A stretch of 64,000 nt of DNA from positions 25,916,001 through 25,980,000 of the forward strand of contig OZ286469.1 in NCBI GenBank assembly GCA_965644265.1, given 5' to 3'. Below are positions 27,301 through 36,989 of this stretch, one piece after another (the first letter of the stretch is position 1; the number at the start of each line of letters is the position of its first letter). The DNA is from Glycera tridactyla. Its lineage: Eukaryota. Below the pieces are notes generated by a model that saw only the letters and a list, made by a program, of their open reading frames with translations, searched no databases and had not been told where the DNA came from. Position numbers and translations under genes: made by a program.

Positions 27301-30300
27301 CAAGTTTACGGAGAATTTCGACGTGAGTCATGCTTCATATATCTCAAATTTTAGCACTGGATCAACAGCTGGCGTCTTTCATCGTTTCAGTCTCTAAAGT
27401 TTCTATTGGTTGAGACAGATTCTTTCATTCTGGAGGTCTGGTTGGAGATTTTTGGTGTACTTGTTATTGACCATCAACAGTCTTGTAGATGCTTTGAAAG
27501 TGACTCAGATCTGACAAGATCATTGTCAACATCGCTTTTTCTCTTGGTAAAGCCAGCCTTTGTTTCGGTTCAGATAGTGACTCAGAGCTGACAAGTTCAT
27601 TGTCAACATCGCTTTTTCTCTTGGTAAAGCTTGTTTCGGTTCAGATTCTGACACAAAAATTTGACTTATGCAGTGAAACCTGTGATGAGATACCTCTCGA
27701 CCGGAGACCATCTCCGACCGAAGACCACTTTTTCAAGGTAGCCATCCTATTTGACATTGTATGTACCACATATGGTAACTTGCTGTTACATGTGTTCAAG
27801 TGGTATCATTTGTTTTCTTGATCTAGGAATGCCAGATGGGTGATGCCCAGTCATGGAGCGTATCTCCCCATCCTTCTCCACCTCCGGCTCATCCTATTCA
27901 ATCTCTTCATCAGCGCTTTCCATCAGACTCTGTCGTTTCCACGGTGATATCAGATGATCAGCAAAGTAGTGCCTCATCTTACAATGAGTACCTCTCCCTC
28001 AATCTCGATCTTGGCAGGGTGCCTGTCGAATATGGCAGCCTAGATCGTAAGAAAAAGAAACAATCAAGTACGCGTCCACGTAGCGTGGATGGTACAGGAC
28101 TAACAATTGATGATTTTGTGCCATACCCACCACAAATGAGCTTCCAGCCTGTCACTCAGCTTGGCAGTAGCTCATCCACCATGTCCTCGGCCGGATTGCC
28201 TGATGGCGGACGATCTAAAGCAATGCAGAGGGAGTTTGTTGTTGTAAAGGATTACCATCCATCCAAATCATTATTACGAAAACGACAGCTAGCGTTGAAG
28301 GAGGGACAACTAATCATTGTGTTAGGTAAGTATCCACTGTGTTATTCATTTATTTTGTCCCATGAGATGCTTTGGCATCATGGTTCCCTTTCAGAGTTGT
28401 GATCCATAACAGCTATATTGCCCTTACTGGAGACATTCATGAGGGAACATCACTTGTGCTGTTATAGCTCGACTCTGAAAATTGGAATCCGGAGGATCCA
28501 AAAGCATGAGTCCATGTGATATCTTTATTAATAATATGATCCACCTGAATGAAGTGAGCATTAACTGCAGAATCAGTTGTTGACTTAGGGTTCACTGGAA
28601 GGTTTTTGGAAAAAACTGTAGCTTATATATTTGAGTTTTTTTTTCAAATCTGTGCTGAGAGGTTCTTTTCATTGTCATCAATATTACTAATAGTAATCAT
28701 ATGTCCTTAGCCCTGAACACAAATTGGGACATTCAAATTCAAATTCACTTATCCACAATTACACGTTTTGCTAAAAGAAGAGTAGCGCTCCATAATTTGT
28801 ATCAAATTAACTTGAAACTATTCATTGTTTTTATAGGAGTACAAGATGAGCGGGGATTTTACGAAGCTAAGGTGGATGGTGTGAATGGGCTCGTACCAGC
28901 CAGTCACCTAGCACCTGCCTCCCCTGTCCTCGATAATAAGCCTGTCCCACCGAGAAGAAGTAAAAAGAAAAAGGTGAGGTATACTGCCATGCATGCAACC
29001 TTATTAGCATGTTTTCTTTTGCAAATTCCTGTATTCATTGCAATTGTTTCCATTTGATATCTGGATGAATTATGTGAGTCACCTGAATGAAGTAAGCATT
29101 TAACCGCAGAATCAATTGTTTAGGGTTTACTGGAAGGTACAAATAGTTACTATGTGGAGTGACAGAAAAGTAAACTCTGCCATTAGTCCTACATGCCCTC
29201 TTCTCATTTGTTGCGTGTTGCATTTTCTACTCTATGTACCTTTGTGAACCTTTTCCGAAGTTTGTGTATGTCACACCATCTAATGAACAATAAATCATAT
29301 TCTTTTCTCTCCTGATTTCAGCCCTTGTCTAGTCACATGGATTCCAGCCCAGAGCTGATTCTGGACATGCATGATCAGTTGCAATCTTCTCACGTGCCAA
29401 ATCACCATGGTAAGAATATACCACTCGTTATCATTATCATTATTATTATTATTTTTATTTTTTTGGGGGGGGGGGGGGTGGAAAAGGTTGTCAAACTCAC
29501 ATTTAGACAATTTTGCATTTGTAGAATTAGATCCGCCCATAATGTAGATGAGGCACACTTGCTGCTTTGCCACAAGTGAATGCAGGTCTGACTGATGTTT
29601 TTTTTTTAGCTAACAATGGTCCCAGATGGATGAACCAGTGTCACCACACATGTGCACACACACACAGTGAAACATGTTCTAGTAATGAGGCTGAGAAGTG
29701 ATAAAATCACGAGCATGGAGCAGTCTTGTGCTTAGCACAGGACAATTAAAGTGTGACATATATTGGTAGGATGTGCCAAAAATTGTTGATTGAGGTAAGC
29801 TCTTTGTTAGTACAAGTAATGTTCACACCAAGGTTGTATGTTGGTTCCTCACTCTTATCTTTGGCAAAAGAATTCCCTCCATCTCTCCAGTTAATGAATT
29901 TGTTATCTATTACTTGAGGAAACTCTTCTCAGTCATGGCATCTTGAATTTGAAGGTCACTGAGTGCAATAATAACTTGAAAGTTTGAGGACGAGTCATCT
30001 GAAATGTAGGGCACGCTATCGCTGGCCTGGCGAGACAGTGATTTTGGGGAAGCCATCTTTATCACATAAGCCTCTATACTGCATGTTTCATTTTATATGT
30101 TTCGTCAGTAGGTAAAAAGCTGCTCTTCAAGCTCATGTTACTTCTTTGTACAACTATTGACGAGTAAATCTCATCATTATTTCTTACAGTTTCCTACCCA
30201 TCTTCGATAACTACAGCTACTACCTCTACAGTACAGCGATCGCGTCTCCACAGTGCTCCGACGACATCATCAACCGCTCCTACACAGAGCATCACTCATC

Positions 30301-33300
30301 AGACATTCCATCGAAATCCCGTTCCACCGCCAGTCTGTCCGTCACCGCCCCCAACGTTAATGACAAAAACCCCGAAGACGACAACTGCATCTCACACTCA
30401 CAGAAATGGTCTTGCGTTGACACACTTTCCCGGTAGTGGAGGTGTGTCATTATCTTTACCCCGTACAACACAAGATGATAGTCTATTCATAGCACCTGCC
30501 GACAAAAGTCAACCGTCTCGCCAACAATTGGTGGAACGTAAGTTTTTATTAAATGAATCTCTTGCTTAAAAATGAGCCATTAATATTTCACAACAAAGGT
30601 AAGAAGATCTCACCGCTGATGTTTCAACTGCCATTGGCAGCCATCTTCAGGACTAATTACTGCTAGGTGATAGCTCTAAAGACGGCTGCTGATGGTGGTT
30701 GAAACATCAACAAATAGTGAGATTTCCTTACCTCGGTTGTGAACTATTAACAGTTCATCTTGAATCCAAGTCCAACCTGATGAAATTCCTCACAAATCTC
30801 ATATTGCTAGTTTTACATAATTAACTGCATTAATTGATCTTTGGCCCATACTTACTCAAAATTCACTTACTCATTTCACCCATGTACTACATACCAGTGA
30901 ATTTAAGTTTGCCAAACTGAGCAGTGTACCTGATATGTCTAAACTGTGGATGAATCCAACCTGAAGTCAGAATGTGTCCCTATGTTCAAAGGTTTGTCAG
31001 ACACAGATATGTCCTGGAATTGCTCTTACGAAAAAAAACCCCAATTTTTGCATAAATGTAGGATTGTCCATAATATCATCCTGAAATGATAATTAGATTA
31101 GTTTATGCAGACAGTTTGAGTATGATTTCTGACCATGCCTGAGTTGTATAACCACATTGATATCATTACTTTTTCGATAGGGTCACCGGAGAGCCCAGAT
31201 AATTTTAGGGTAGAACGCGTGATAGGGAAGCATAGCCTCTTACTGAGCTGGAGCCTGCCCATCATGGATGAACTGGCACGAAGTAATGGTACCACTGTCA
31301 AGGGTTACAAGGTAAGTTGATCTTGCCACATCTAACGACCTTCATCTCTGCCAGTATCAATGTTTGGAAGATCCAAGGCAGTCAAAGATTGTCTATTTTC
31401 CAAAGGGTAGGTCTGGTTGTATGATATTCTCCGATACAAAACTATTGTTCCATTCAGTAAGACAATGAGCCATTGAAATGATGGGCATCCATCCATCTGT
31501 CTGTCCGATGGTTTTAGACCATCATCTCATGAAATATTCATGCTATTCACTCCATATCACACCTGTGAACTCACAAAAGTAGCCTGCAGAAGTGATCAGC
31601 ATAATGTCTAGCTTAAGTTAATGATGACCGAATGTGCGGGTGACCTTATGATTCTGGTGAATTCTGCAACTCCTGATGTGATGATCATCTCATTACAGAT
31701 TTACATCAATAATCAGGATCAACAGTTTGTCCCAAGTCCCTACCTCACAAAAGCGCTTGTTGACAAGTTGAATCTCCAACGTAAGACAACCTTCAGCATC
31801 CAGACAATTGGAAGTGGAGGTCGAGCGTCGGGTGTTGTCGACACAGTGTTTGAGGGCCCGGTAGGGGATACTGGGAATTGGGACAGGGAGATGGCAGGCG
31901 ATAAAGAGATGTCATCCTTGATGTCAGCCCCACACGCCGACGACGGGGAGCGAAGACTGGTATGTTTGTTTGCTTGACTGCTTTGATTGGTAGCTATCAT
32001 TTCAGCCATTAAACCAAGAATATCATAGGATATTTGTAAGGTATTGAACTGTTTTGAAAGATCTGAATATTGGACATGTTTATCCACTGCATGTCGATTG
32101 GCTTCTCAAAAGCCGGGCGTGTGAGTCAGTGTCTATACTGCAGGCACATAAAAGATCCACCCTGTTGTAGAGAACAGGGGAAAGTTCCCCAAATTCTCTA
32201 TACTTCAGCCAACAGTTATTTTTTCATGAAGAAAAATAGAAAAATAAAAAAAAACGGAGAAAAAAAGAGTGGGAATACCCCTCCCCCCACCCCTCCAAAT
32301 ATATATGTATATATATCCATATAATTTCAGATTTTTTTTTATTCTAATATTTGCTCTAGGACCGACCATAACTTAAGTCTCGGATAATCCTGCCTTGGTT
32401 GAAGAGACTTGAAACCCCACTCAATCAATTGTTTCAGCCCAGTAGCACTGTCAGAGCCTGAAAGGTTCTGATCTTTCCATTGTGGCTGTCAGCTATTTTT
32501 TGACATTATGAAAAAAGTGCACAATGCTCATTGACACTCTTCAGTGCGTTGATACTTGCACATAGATGTTTATCGGCCCACATATTTTGGCAAACACTTT
32601 GATGACATTGTAGAATGGATCATCAAGACCGTTTCCTGTATGTGTAGCAACGTACAGGAGAAGCTGCTGGACCATGCTGTTATCCTGTGGGAGTGTTTTC
32701 ATTTTAATTTATCTGTACTGAGCATGCAGATGTTCTAGGCATGCACTTTTACATTTTCCCTTGGTTGCATTGTTAGAATTGGTTCAACTCTTTGTAAAAA
32801 TCTGGTAATAGGTGATAGGTCTTATCTTGGTGGAGTGTAAGCCTCTACTTTTGTTGCTCGCATGCCAAAAAAGTGATATTCTTATAGCTGGGCTTGTGGT
32901 CACTCTTTATAACACCACTCCTAGCCATGGAGCATCATTTTCAAAGTTATAATCCTATGTACTATCAATGGTTTGAAATTTGTCATAGTGGGCAACTGCC
33001 CAATTGATGGATTCAATTTCATCATGGAATGGGCATTCTATATCTATAACTTTCATTTTTCAGTTCCTGGCTATTTATGACTACACGCCAGGTGACCAGT
33101 CTCCCAACACCTACCCTGGCGAGGAGCTGGCATTCCAAACAGGCGACATCATTACTACATATGGCATCGTTCGTCCTGATGGATTCTACCATGCAAAGGT
33201 AGGCTTGCATTCTCACTGTGAATTTTTCTTCCCCGTGATTTGTAAACACCGGAAAGGCATCATGTTTTCGTATCGACCCTGGTGTGTGTGAATGGGTGGG

Positions 33301-36300
33301 TGAATGATGGTTTCTCGATAATAATTCGAAAAGGTTGAGGGTTAGCTACTTATTGATTTTGGGGCAACCATCTTGAATTTCAAGGTCATTGAGTGTGAAA
33401 AGGTATTGGTTTGGTTAATATATCGCACTTCTCTACTTCACTCTTCTTGTGAATATTTCTGACTCCCGCCCATGCAGTGTGGACTATGTTTTTGTCTGTT
33501 CTCTTCCGTGAATTTCTGGATGGTGCTGAGTGGGGAAGATATCTTGATGGTTTTTGAGACAATAAATCCCAATGAACAAAATACCATATCATATATGTCA
33601 TAATGTGGCTATTTGATGATTTTTCCACATCATCATTTACACCAAGATCCTTTGTATTTTCAGGTGCATGGGCAGAAAGGTTTAGTCCCAGCCAGCTTTA
33701 TCGAAGAAGTAGCGCTTCTACGGTCACACAGTAAAAGGGTACGTTACCTCGATAATTGGTCAGATAGGTTTTTCCAAAATATCACACCGAGTGTCCCCAA
33801 TTACTTGGGAATACCACATGCATGACTTCTGTATTGGTCTCATATGATCCTCAGTATCTTCTCTGTATCAAACATGAAGAGCAAAATTGCCTGGAAGAAT
33901 GCAATTTTTGAGAGGAATATCTTTTCAGCAGCACAAGTCCTCATTGAAAAGGTCACTGAAAATGTTACTGTATTATTTGGTAAATGAAGACCAAATGAGA
34001 TGGATATGTCAGCACTAGCAATTAAACTAAGCCAGGTGCAATCATCTATCTGTGTATTTGTCAGTCTCCAACTTTCTGGTCTGGATGCATCACATCCAGG
34101 CATGGCGTAAGATATGAAGAATATTGTGGTATGTGTCAAATTTGGAAATTCCTGGATTTGGTCCTGATCATTGTTCCAGGGCCACAAGCCCCAGGCCCAC
34201 AAAGAACACAGAAATCACCTCTTCCTCCATTGGATTATCAAACTTACAAGCTTACTTTCCAACCCAGGAATCTCCCGACTTTGTGCCCCATGCTAAGAGT
34301 GATATTAAATTGTAAAATGGCACTTAGAGCCATATATGATGAGCCTAGAAGGCATATACAATTAAGCATGCTTTGTGAAGATTCCATAGTGAGGGAGGAT
34401 AAAAATGTGTAGTGGTACATGGAAACTGCACCTACCCAGAACACAGAATCAAGTGTATAAAGGGATTTCCCAATTTGGGAAATTTCATAGTCATTGATGC
34501 AGTTTCTAGGCACTTTTTCACATTTTCATACTGTTCAAATTGTCAGGAAATCCCTGACAGCCAGGGATTGATTTCCATAGTGATCCAGTGTTTTTGGCAA
34601 AGACACTGAATGACAGTGGAAATTCCAGCCTCAGGTTCTTGACATGTGTCCATACCAATCACTTATAAATTTCATGCTGCTAACACTGGGCATCCGGACA
34701 TAGGTAGGTTGCTGTAATGATAACTGAATGAAGATGACTATAACTAAGGACTGACATAAAAGTCATTGTAATGGTGTTTTTGGAATCTCAGTAGTCTCAG
34801 TGAGCTAGAAATATGGAGCTTTCAAAACACATCTGTATCTTCTTCAGCACATGTTCAGTGATTAGTTGAATGATTGTGATGAAACTTCTGAAAGTCAGTC
34901 CTCGGATATCCTCATTTTTATCACAACTGATTCTTTCTGAAGGTGCTTCATAAATTGAATTACCTGTGCAAGGTTTTTTACTTTCCCTACACAGCCTATC
35001 CCATTATGTTTATCCATACCTCCACCCCACCACATATCAAAGCTGATATTTTCAACATGTCTGCACACCTGGTTTGGAAGAGGTATTTCCATTTTGTCCA
35101 ATTTTGTAGCTGTCCGTCGACTACCAATAAGCTTTTATTGTCTGGCTGATGACGGTTCCTGGCTTTGGTTTGGTTACAGCAGTTGTATGTTTTTGGTAGT
35201 CTTGTGCTTTGTACCACTCATGGAATGATGTTATGGTGGCAAGACAGCCAAGATGCCTTTTTCCCTGCTTCGTAAATATGACATAAACTGTTGGGTGAAA
35301 ACACAACACAAGAAGGATATGTATCGGGCTGTGAAAAAAAGAAGCAGACCCAGTCTATGCTCATATACATGACCATGATAGGCTACATAAGAATGAGAGA
35401 AGATGTTTGTTATCACAACACCACAAATCCATGATAGTGATAGGCCCTGTCAAAATGAAAGGATTATTATTCCATCACTCGAAACTGCAAGTAATTTCCA
35501 TCCGGAGTCCTGTTTCATTGTTCCAGTGAATTGAGATGTCTTCATCATATTTTTGAAAATATGAATTCCACTGAAAATCTTCTGGACAACAATAGCGTAA
35601 AGTGTAATAGCCTGTCACATGATACATATAGTGGCATCTGAGTAAAAACCATGGGTGTCAACTCATACAAATGATTGTCCTGACTTAAAAAAAAGAGGGA
35701 TGTTGTCAACTGAAAATTTCCATATCTAGGCCATGCTTGAAGGACCAAAAATACAGGTGAGGGTAAAAAAACATATTTCAGCAGGTCTTGAAATTATTAT
35801 TGGGACCCAGCATGCTCATTTGATGAAAGCATTCCAGATTCTATTTAAATTTTTTCCATCGACTTGTGACCCTCTCTACCATAGAGGCATTCTGAGCTGG
35901 CATTACCCTTAAGACTGTACCCCAGCATGCCATTTACTATACAGTGAAACCTCTGACTGGTGACTGCCCTAAATATCACCAGAAAGTGGTCTCAAAAGAG
36001 GTGTTTCCTTATCGGAGGTATTTATAACAATGTCAGAAAGAAGAGATGCCCTGGAAAAGTGGTCTCTCATTGTAGGAGGATTCTCGTTGAGGGGATCCTT
36101 CATCGCAGGTTTCACTGTAGTAATACACTTTCAACCCTATATTTGTCACATCCCATCATTTGCTTCGATGATCTTGTGCATTATGACCTTGAAATGTGTG
36201 TCTTTGAATCATGGATTGTCTTCCATCCTTTCATGATTTCATCAGTTTCCACTTGACTTTGGATGATAAGTCTGTCTTGCCCAAAAGAGCGGCATTGGAC

Positions 36301-36989
36301 AAAGAAGCCATAGCAATATCAGTCACAAAATATGCCTACAGTTGCTGACCTTCAGATTGTTGCAGACTGGGCCCTTGGCCCCCTTTGTAGCTTTTTTGAC
36401 CCATCAATATTTTGTTTTCCAGTTTGACCATGGGGGAAATAGGAAATGGCCCATCACATTGAAATATGATCCATGATATATAACTAATGGCCTACCTGTG
36501 GCCAATGACCTGACAGGAAAGTCTGAAGGTCTGCAGCAGTGTTTAAAAGTTCAGTATTACCAGCAATGAGCAAGCACCTTGAATTGTTTCTCTCAAAACG
36601 GTTGCTTGCTGGTCGCAGGTATATTTGCAAAGTATACCGCGAAAAAACGTACTCATTGCAGGGGGCTGCTCATCACAGGTCCCATTACATATACCACTGT
36701 TCTGCAGAGGCTGTGTGACAAATTAGTAATTTCTCCACATCCCCAAAGGTAGTCTTTTCAGACAGATTTGACTTTTCCTTGTTCTGTTTAGCAGTACAGG
36801 GTATACCACCAAGACATTATAGCCAGTAACAAGTAGTCCATGAACAGACACAAGTGGGGACATCTTGCAGTGTCATCTCATGGAACAACCATGGGAATAC
36901 AACTTATGAAACTCATGTGTGCCTATTTTGCTTTCTGTTTTCAGAGTTTGTCGGGAAGAGGTGGCAGTTCACCCAGCAAATTGAAGTGA
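2619..36989 (+). CDS. RIMBP2-like: Multi-exon gene: divergent RIMS-binding protein (RIM-BP) family member, ~1,250 aa (coiled coil, SH3, FN3, SH3)
   Basis: 20 AG/GT-bounded exons join in frame with matching phases (2619-2715, 7747-8069, 10796-10882, 11475-12062, 12521-12619, 19548-19640, 23769-23954, 24527-24703, 25706-25828, 26425-26520, 27164-27322, 27827-28325, 28837-28973, 29322-29409, 30190-30537, 31181-31311, 31699-31959, 33064-33198, 33664-33738, 36945-36989; total 3747 nt). The SH3s have the RIM-BP-type D-x-x-GFY or PDGFY in place of Trp. The FN3 SWSLPIMDELARSNGTTVKGYKIY resembles RIM-BP FN3-3 as recalled. Linkage of the first exons and the identity of the last exon are less certain. 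Confidence 0.85.
3123..3194. mobile_element. MITE family A, internally deleted short copy
   Basis: tacagttgaacctg...caggtttgactgt TIRs around a ~45 bp core. Confidence 0.65.
4220..4401. mobile_element. MITE family A, full length (Tc1/mariner-like TA TSD)
   Basis: Perfect TIR tacagtcgaacct / aggttcgactgta; repeated gaggtggtctttata motif. Confidence 0.9.
4681..4820. mobile_element. Degraded MITE related to family A
   Basis: cagtgacacctgtgacaagagactgccctaa...agtggtctctcaaaagag resembles the 35940 copy; ends approximate. Confidence 0.45.
5925..6083. mobile_element. Degraded MITE family A copy
   Basis: aagtggcctt...aggtggccttatt...ggtggtcttc motifs; ends approximate. Confidence 0.45.
7747..8069 (+). 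CDS. Exon: ELKQALLNLGARHPDAYAEF...DLRSTNAM
   Basis: Long polypyrimidine tract + cag|; GC-rich open frame; atg|gtaag; phase 1 to 0. Confidence 0.85.
8632..8763. repeat. Perfect 2 x 66 bp tandem duplication
   Basis: atattgatgattgatgtgatcgcagc...gagcatcc repeated at 8632 and 8698. Confidence 0.95.
10796..10882 (+). CDS. Exon: SPHGKQPPSLATVGEAEEVDEEKITPVDK
   Basis: caccttag| ... aag|gtaatt; 87 nt, phase 0 to 0; absent from the ORF track. Confidence 0.7.
11475..12062 (+). CDS. Exon: acidic/Pro-rich disordered region leading into the coiled coil
   Basis: cttttccgttgcag| ... aag|gtgag; 588 nt; ORF 11469..12149. Confidence 0.9.
12521..12619 (+). CDS. Exon: coiled coil ARDKELELARINQREMEKKLKDSARETMMIANK
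   Basis: cttcttgcag| ... aag|gtgag; 99 nt, phase 0 to 0. Confidence 0.9.
15400..15561. mobile_element. TA-flanked MITE, family B, with internal duplication
   Basis: tacagtaaaacctg / cagatttcactgta TIRs; gggccagattt...ttcactgtagacaggatttcactata present twice. Confidence 0.8.
16401..16652. mobile_element. ~250 bp non-autonomous TIR element
   Basis: aattagtgcccc ... ggggcactaatt perfect 12-bp inverted ends (AATT or TA target duplication); GC-rich interior. Confidence 0.65.
19548..19640 (+). CDS. Exon: coiled coil TADHNHNQNLELQDILLKQQLEKMEKELRAK
   Basis: ctcccttgcag| ... aag|gtgagt; 93 nt, phase 0 to 0. Confidence 0.85.
23769..23954 (+). CDS. Exon: coiled coil TNEVDRLTQEV...HIQLQNE (3' end abuts N-gap)
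   Basis: ttttctgtgttcactcag|; open heptad-like frame. The donor is gtc followed by Ns, so the end is provisional. Confidence 0.8.
24264..24336. repeat. (ATT)n/(ATC)n microsatellite
   Basis: Direct reading. Confidence 0.9.
24527..24703 (+). CDS. Exon: coiled coil YDELLKQHTSLEKAEQ...DELKLT
   Basis: tttcctttgtgttaag| (AAG acceptor) ... acg|gtaag; 177 nt, phase 0 to 0. Confidence 0.85.
25706..25828 (+). CDS. Exon: coiled coil KKNESELTQENARMRHKL...RHVQSK
   Basis: tttgatttgcag| ... aag|gtgagg; 123 nt. Confidence 0.9.
26425..26520 (+). CDS. Exon: YDEMEKTKTKAQTMVAPLRAKVIRLGQKCCNK
   Basis: aattttcag| ... aaa|gtgagt; 96 nt; resembles the RIM-BP-family end-of-coil segment as recalled. Confidence 0.85.
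27164..27322 (+). CDS. Exon: DDLIERLLKEVRPHGKP...TENFD
   Basis: tttctcctcgcag| ... gac|gtgagt; 159 nt. Confidence 0.85.
27500..27646. repeat. Imperfect 2 x ~77 bp tandem duplication in intron
   Basis: gtgactcagatctgacaagatcattgtcaacatcgctttttctcttggtaaagc at 27500 and 27577. Confidence 0.9.
27827..28325 (+). CDS. RIMBP2-like: Exon: Ser/Pro-rich linker + N-half of SH3-1 (REFVVVKDYHP...LIIVL)
   Basis: ttttcttgatctag| ... ttag|gtaag; 499 nt, phase 0 to 1. Confidence 0.9.
28837..28973 (+). CDS. RIMBP2-like: Exon: C-half of SH3-1 (GVQDERGFYEAKVDGVNGLVPASHL) + PVPPRR motif
   Basis: ttgtttttatag| ... aag|gtgagg; phase 1 to 0; SH3 GLVP signature. Confidence 0.92.
29322..29409 (+). CDS. Exon: PLSSHMDSSPELILDMHDQLQSSHVPNHH
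   Basis: ctcctgatttcag| ... catg|gtaag; phase 0 to 1. Confidence 0.8.
30190..30537 (+). CDS. Exon: Thr/Ser/Pro-rich linker
   Basis: ttcttacag| ... gaac|gtaag; 348 nt open, phase 1 to 1. Confidence 0.85.
30597..30733. repeat. Inverted repeat whose two arms each carry a degenerate minimal hammerhead ribozyme (Penelope-type)
   Basis: Left arm (- strand): CTGAAGA-T-GGCTGCC-aat-GGCAGTT-GAAAC-ATC-agc. Right arm (+ strand): gct-CTAAAGA-C-GGCTGCT-gat-GGTGGTT-GAAAC-ATC. Arms 30597-30650 and 30676-30733 align as reverse complements. Confidence 0.75.
31181..31311 (+). CDS. RIMBP2-like: Exon: N-half of FN3 (SPESPDNFRVERVIGKHSLLLSWSLP...SNGTTVKGYK)
   Basis: tttttcgatag| ... aag|gtaag; FN3 P-x-N/L-x-V...SW...GY pattern. 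Confidence 0.92.
31699..31959 (+). CDS. RIMBP2-like: Exon: C-half of FN3 + linker (IYINNQDQQF...DDGERRL)
   Basis: cattacag| ... ctg|gtatgt; 261 nt, phase 0 to 0. Confidence 0.9.
33064..33198 (+). CDS. RIMBP2-like: Exon: N-part of C-terminal SH3 (FLAIYDYTPGDQSPNTYPGEELAFQTGDII...PDGFYHAK)
   Basis: ttcatttttcag| ... aag|gtaggc; ALYDY-like and EL-x-F-x-x-GDII SH3 motifs. Confidence 0.95.
33664..33738 (+). CDS. RIMBP2-like: Exon: end of SH3 (VHGQKGLVPASFIEEV...)
   Basis: tgtattttcag| ... agg|gtacgt. Confidence 0.93.
35940..36119. mobile_element. TA-flanked MITE related to family A
   Basis: tacagtgaaacct / aggtttcactgta TIRs. Confidence 0.8.
36339..36541. mobile_element. Possible small TIR element
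   Basis: cagttgctgaccttcaga vs tctgaaggtctgcagcagtg imperfect inverted ends; no second copy seen. Confidence 0.3.
36945..36989 (+). CDS. Probable terminal coding exon SLSGRGGSSPSKLK*
   Basis: ttttgctttctgttttcag|agt..., in frame, TGA at 36987-36989. An alternative terminal exon at 34180 is possible. Confidence 0.6.
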   Translation, partial: SLSGRGGSSPSKLK

